Part shown: positions 60,157 to 64,000 of the stretch, piece by piece
Numbering within the stretch: position 1 is the stretch's first letter
How the letters are laid out: each line of letters opens with the position of its first letter
Made by a program: the position numbers and the translations under genes
Assembly: GCA_021817985.1 (NCBI GenBank)
Contig: JAKAFK010000010.1
Coordinates: 18,710 to 82,709, forward strand
DNA from: Pseudomonadota bacterium
GTDB lineage: Bacteria; Pseudomonadota; Gammaproteobacteria; Burkholderiales; JAKAFK01
DNA length: 64,000 nt
Reading direction: 5' to 3'
Notes under the pieces: generated by a model
Database searches by the model: none
The model's input: only the letters and a program-made list of their open reading frames with translations
Told to the model about the DNA's origin: nothing

Positions 60157-60180
60157 TTCCATTCTCCATGACGAATGGAA
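60157..60180. promoter_or_regulatory. inverted repeat TTCCATTC-N8-GAATGGAA (candidate MarR operator)
   Basis: Read directly, 56-79 nt upstream of the marR ATG. Confidence 0.4.
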
Positions 60181-60307
60181 AATCCCGCCGTCGAGGTGGC
60201 GGGGCCAGCGAACCGGCCCGCCCCGTCGGTTCGCGCGTCGTTCCGGCGCCGATGGGGACCGGGCGTCTGCGGAGCCGGAAAAAATCGGCGGCAGGTCTTG
60301 CGGAGCC

Positions 60308-60889
60308 TCAGGGGCTCTCGCCCGGCGGCAAGTCGGGATGGATGGGCGATGCGAGTCCCAGATGGTCGAGCAAGGGATGTCGGCTGGCCAGCAGACGGGC
60401 CACGACGACGCCGTTCAGGGTGCCAAAAAGCAGGGCCGATGCCCCGAAAATCGGGACGAGGTAGACGATGCCGGTTTGCGGGATAAGCCACCAGTGGACC
60501 ACCGTCAGTTGCCCGGCCAGATGCGCAAAGGCCGAAGCCAGGCTCAAGGTCACGGGACCGAACCACTTCGCGGGCAGACGCTGCGCCGCCAGCAGGACCG
60601 CAAGGCTTGCCGCCGCCCCGGACAGGCTCAGGATGAAGGAGGGCGACAGGAAAGTCCCCAGCAGGAGGCTGCCCGCCACCACGCGCAGCGCGGTGACCCA
60701 CAGGGCCAGCCGGAACCCGTAACGATAGAGCACGAACAGCGTCACGATGTTGGCCAAGCCCGGCTTGACGCCCGGCAGTGGGGAGGGGATCGCCGCTTCG
60801 GCCAGCGCCAGGGCGATGGCGGCGGCCGCCAATTGCGCCACATGGTGGTCTTCGGGCTCGGTGCGCAGGCTAATAGTTGAGGGAGTCAT
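60308..60889 (-). CDS. Gx transporter family protein (heptaprenyl-diphosphate-synthase-component-I-like membrane protein)
   Basis: 193-aa polytopic protein: LPGVKPGLANIVTLFVLYRYGFRLALWVTALRVVAGSLLLGTF.... Paired with a NusG-domain-II protein, as is usual for this family. Confidence 0.7.
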   Translation of the reverse strand: MTPSTISLRTEPEDHHVAQLAAAAIALALAEAAIPSPLPGVKPGLANIVTLFVLYRYGFRLALWVTALRVVAGSLLLGTFLSPSFILSLSGAAASLAVLLAAQRLPAKWFGPVTLSLASAFAHLAGQLTVVHWWLIPQTGIVYLVPIFGASALLFGTLNGVVVARLLASRHPLLDHLGLASPIHPDLPPGESP

Positions 60890-61244
60890 ACAGTCGGTGC
60901 CGGCCGGTGATCTCGATCGTGACGTGGTTGGGCAGACAGATTGCCGCTTCGCCCACGCGTTGCAGCCAGCCTTCCTTGACGCAGATCTGCCGGGGCCCGG
61001 GGTCGGAAACGACGCGCACGCGGTGCGCCAGGATGCGGATCACGCTGGGGCCCAGCGCGCCTTGGACGGTGAAGGTCGCATTCTTGGCCAGGCTTTGCCG
61101 GAGCACCACGTGCCCATTGCTGCGAACGACCACCTCGGTGCCGGGGGCGGACGCCCAGAGATCGGCAAAGAGCCAGCCGACGGCGCAAATGGCCGCCAGG
61201 AGGGAAAGCCAGTCGCCGGCCTTGAGGAGATGCAGCCCGCTCAA
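60870..61244 (-). CDS. NusG domain II-containing protein (DUF1312)
   Basis: The TTG start at 61244 follows GGGAG and overlaps the rapZ stop (TTGA). Sequence ...[34 protein letters not shown]...YD shows the typical C.xQxC...G...CLPN signature. Confidence 0.7.
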   Translation of the reverse strand: MSGLHLLKAGDWLSLLAAICAVGWLFADLWASAPGTEVVVRSNGHVVLRQSLAKNATFTVQGALGPSVIRILAHRVRVVSDPGPRQICVKEGWLQRVGEAAICLPNHVTIEITGRHRLYDSLNY

Positions 61245-62074
61245 ACGAGCTCCCTGTGGCGGACCAGGACCTGGCTGTCCGTGAAGTAGCTCGCGAGCTT
61301 CTCCGAGAAATAGACGGATCGGTGTTGGCCGCCGGTGCAGCCGATGGCCACGGTGAGGTAGCTGCGGTTGTCCTGGACGAAACAGGGCAGCCACTTTTCC
61401 ACATAGGCGCGAATATCTTGCAGCATCTCGTCCACCTGCGGGTGTCCCTCAAGGAAGGCGGCCACCTCGGCATCCTTGCCGGTGAGCAGACGCAACCTTG
61501 GGTCGTAGTGCGGGTTGGGCAGGCAGCGCACATCGAAAACCAGGTCGGCGTCGAGGGGAATCCCGTGCTTGAAGCCGAAGGACTGGAACAGCAAGGTCAG
61601 CCGCGAGCGGTCCAGGGCCAGGAAGCTGTCGATCCAGGCGCGCAAGGTATTGGGGCTCAACTCGCTGGTGTCGATGCGGTGCGCGATGGCGCCGATCGGC
61701 GCGAGGATCTCCCGCTCGAGTTCGATGCACTCGGGCAACGAACGGCTGCCGGTGCTCAAGGGATGGCGTCGCCGGGTTTCGCTGAAGCGCTTGACGAGGG
61801 TTTCCGTCTTCGCTTCGAGAAACAGGGTGCGCAGGTCGACCCCTTGCGCCTTGAGTCCCATGATGTGGTCGGGCAGTTCGCGCAGCGTCTGGCCGCTGCG
61901 CACGTCGATGCTCACAGCCGCCGCATCGTAGCCGTTGGTTTGCAGGAAGTGGAGCGTCTCGGGCAGCAGCTTTTCCGGGAGATTGTCCACGCAATAGAAG
62001 CCCCGATCCTCCAGCGCGTTGAGCGCGATGCTCTTGCCGGATCCGGAGAGGCCGCTGATCAGGATGAGTTGCAT
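61241..62074 (-). CDS. rapZ: RNase adapter protein RapZ
   Basis: [33 protein letters not shown]...[10 protein letters not shown]. Confidence 0.92.
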   Translation of the reverse strand: MQLILISGLSGSGKSIALNALEDRGFYCVDNLPEKLLPETLHFLQTNGYDAAAVSIDVRSGQTLRELPDHIMGLKAQGVDLRTLFLEAKTETLVKRFSETRRRHPLSTGSRSLPECIELEREILAPIGAIAHRIDTSELSPNTLRAWIDSFLALDRSRLTLLFQSFGFKHGIPLDADLVFDVRCLPNPHYDPRLRLLTGKDAEVAAFLEGHPQVDEMLQDIRAYVEKWLPCFVQDNRSYLTVAIGCTGGQHRSVYFSEKLASYFTDSQVLVRHRELV

Positions 62075-62186
62075 AGGACGATGAGAAGGGCGCGTGGATG
62101 GATGGAAGCCGCGGTTCCCGCAACGACATCCGGCCGACCGCGCGGTGCCGAAGGGAGTTCATAGGATACCCGAGGCCCATCCTCAA

Positions 62187-62206
62187 GAAAAGTCCCGGAA
62201 GGGGAC
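62187..62206 (-). terminator. weak terminator/attenuator-like hairpin between hprK and rapZ
   Basis: The minus strand reads GTCCC-CTTCC-GGGAC followed by TTTTCTT. The stem is only 5 bp, so support is low. Confidence 0.2.
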
Positions 62207-62238
62207 GGGCTGCGGCTCCTCGAGGGAGCCCTCCGGAC

Positions 62239-63207
62239 TCAGTCGGTCGCGTGAGTGTTGGCCGCGATGTGTTCGCCTTGCCGTTCGATGAATTGCTCGC
62301 TGGCGTCCAGCCCGCGCAAATGCATGATGTGATTGCGCACGGCCACTTCCACCAGGACGGCGAGGTTGCGCCCCGCCGCCACGGGAATGCGGACCTTCGG
62401 AATGGCAATATCGAGAATGTCTTCGGTCGAGGCGTGCATGTGCAGCCGGTTTTCTTCCCCGAGGGCCGACTGGGCCGCCTCGAATTTGGCCAAGTGCACG
62501 ATGAGCTTGAGATTCTTCTTGACCTTGACGGCAATGTCGCCGAACAGGGCGCGGATATTCAGGATCCCGAGCCCCCGTACCTCCAGGAAATCCTGCAGCA
62601 CGGTGGGGCAGCGTCCCTCCAGGGTGTCCGGGGACACCCGGTAGAGATCGACCATGTCATCGGCGATCAGGCGGTGGCCCCTTGTGATGAGCTCGAGCGC
62701 CAGTTCGCTCTTCCCGATGGCGCTGTCCCCGGTGATGAGTACGCCCATGCCCATCACCTCGAGGAACACGCCGTGGCGCGAGATCCGCTCGGCGAGGGCC
62801 TGCGCAAGATAGTGGCGGAGGAAGTTCATGAGTTCGGGACTGGGGCGCGGGGAGGTCAGGAGCGGCGTCTGGGTCCGCTGCGCCGCCTCGTACAGCGGCG
62901 CAGGCACGGGCTCGGCGTTGGCGACGATGACCGCGGCGAGCTCCGTCGAATAGAGGTGCGTGATGGCCTGGGCGAGTGCGTCCCCATCGAGGCTGCGCAG
63001 ATAGTCCATCTCCGCGCAGCCCAGGACCTGAACGCGATTCGGGTGGACGAAATTCAGATGCCCGATGAGGGCGAGCGTCGGCTTCTGCACGGTGTCGCTG
63101 GTGAGCATCTTCTGGGCGCCGGTGCGGCCGGCGGGCCACTCGAGATCGAGCTTCGCCCGGGTGTCGTCAAACAGCTGCTGGACGGTGAGTTGCGTCATGG
63201 GAAGCAA
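62239..63207 (-). CDS. hprK: HPr kinase/phosphorylase
   Basis: GVFLEVMGMGVLITGDSAIGKSELALELITRGHRLIADD (P-loop). The start (63207 or 63198) overlaps the ptsN 3' end. Confidence 0.9.
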   Translation of the reverse strand: MLPMTQLTVQQLFDDTRAKLDLEWPAGRTGAQKMLTSDTVQKPTLALIGHLNFVHPNRVQVLGCAEMDYLRSLDGDALAQAITHLYSTELAAVIVANAEPVPAPLYEAAQRTQTPLLTSPRPSPELMNFLRHYLAQALAERISRHGVFLEVMGMGVLITGDSAIGKSELALELITRGHRLIADDMVDLYRVSPDTLEGRCPTVLQDFLEVRGLGILNIRALFGDIAVKVKKNLKLIVHLAKFEAAQSALGEENRLHMHASTEDILDIAIPKVRIPVAAGRNLAVLVEVAVRNHIMHLRGLDASEQFIERQGEHIAANTHATD

Positions 63208-63652
63208 ATGCCGTAATCAAATGATGAACTTCCAAAGGATCCAGCGCGGTCAGCAGCCGCGTGCGGAAGGCCGAACTGGAGAACATCTCGGCCACCTCCC
63301 CGAGAATCTGCAGATGCAGTTCCGTGGCCTGTTCCGGCACCAGAAGGGCGAACACGAGCCGCACCGGTTGGCCGTCCGGGGCATCGAAGGGGATGGGCGC
63401 CGAGAGGCGGGCAAAAGCCGCCATGGCATGCGGCAGGCCCTTGACGCGCCCGTGCGGCACCGCGACGCCATGGCCCAGGGCGGTCGACCCCAGCGCCTCT
63501 CGGGCGGTCAGGCTGCGGGAAATCAGATCCGGCCTGAGGCCGCTGTCCGACGCGAACAGGCGCGCGAGCTCCTCGAACAGAAGGGTCCGGCTCGGCGCCT
63601 GGACGTCTAGGCGAATGGCAGTCGGGCGCAGCAGTGTGGCGATCAGACTCAC
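63167..63652 (-). CDS. ptsN: PTS IIA-like nitrogen regulatory protein
   Basis: REALGSTALGHGVAVPHGRV contains the phosphorylatable His motif. The GTG start overlaps the hpf stop (GTGA). Confidence 0.85.
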   Translation of the reverse strand: MSLIATLLRPTAIRLDVQAPSRTLLFEELARLFASDSGLRPDLISRSLTAREALGSTALGHGVAVPHGRVKGLPHAMAAFARLSAPIPFDAPDGQPVRLVFALLVPEQATELHLQILGEVAEMFSSSAFRTRLLTALDPLEVHHLITAFASHDATHRPAAV

Positions 63653-63978
63653 TCGACCGTGGCCCGATGCTTGATCCCCCCTTCTCCCTGATGAACGTCC
63701 GTCGTCTTCTCCTTGTGCTTGAGCACTTGCCGATCGAGCTTATCGGCCAAGCTGTCGATGGCCGCGTACATGTCGACATCTTCCGCCTGCACGAAGACGG
63801 TCTTGCCGCTCATATGCACGTTCGCCTCGATGCGCTGCACCAGTTTCTCGACCGAGAGCGTGACGCTCACGTCGATCACCTCGTCGAAGTGGCGCAGGGC
63901 CCGCCCAAGCTTGGTCGTGACGTAATCGCGGATCGCCGGCGTGACGTCGAGGTGATGACCGGTGATGTTGAAGTTCAT
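63649..63978 (-). CDS. hpf: ribosome hibernation promoting factor
   Basis: MNFNITGHHLDVTPAIRDYVTTKLGRALRHFD...DMYAAIDSLADKLDRQVLKHKEK. Confidence 0.9.
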   Translation of the reverse strand: MNFNITGHHLDVTPAIRDYVTTKLGRALRHFDEVIDVSVTLSVEKLVQRIEANVHMSGKTVFVQAEDVDMYAAIDSLADKLDRQVLKHKEKTTDVHQGEGGIKHRATVE

Positions 63979-64000
63979 GGCTCTCTCCTTTTTTGCTTAG

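Overview
High-GC (roughly mid-60s %) proteobacterial chromosomal window, densely coding and mostly housekeeping. In order: a partial DUF3108-like gene, purN-purM, nrtR-nadA with two NrtR-type operator palindromes, and hda. Then a GT-B glycosyltransferase plus an acyl-ACP-desaturase-like diiron protein, thioredoxin and a lone pilU-like ATPase. About 11 kb is a hopanoid island: hpnA-hpnG-shc diverge from ispH-hpnH-acyltransferase-hpnL, bracketed by two glycosyltransferases. Next come a PA2779/PA2778-like membrane-protein/cysteine-peptidase pair, gluQ, hslO-hslR, and a low-GC islet carrying a Panacea (DUF4065) antitoxin-like gene with no recognisable toxin. These are followed by dsbB-dusA, lplT, mutY, ackA, GST, an EamA/LysR pair, tamA-tamB, tatD, tcdA, ubiX and an orphan EgtB-like sulfoxide synthase. 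An AT-rich ORF-less 0.8 kb spacer precedes a complete F1Fo ATP synthase operon with non-canonical order (alpha-beta-gamma-epsilon). The window ends with a marR-isochorismatase-MFS operon and hpf-ptsN-hprK-rapZ, with rapZ translationally coupled to a NusG-domain-II/Gx-transporter pair. No rRNA, tRNA, CRISPR array or intact mobile element was seen. Most noteworthy are the Panacea islet with an adjacent promoter-to-terminator unit, the ATP synthase order, the hopanoid-linked acyltransferase/HpnL/GT module, and the PA2778/9 and rapZ-coupled pairs. Start codons are often uncertain because the ORF track extends to the first ATG/GTG/TTG. Many long ORFs on opposite strands are high-GC shadow frames.
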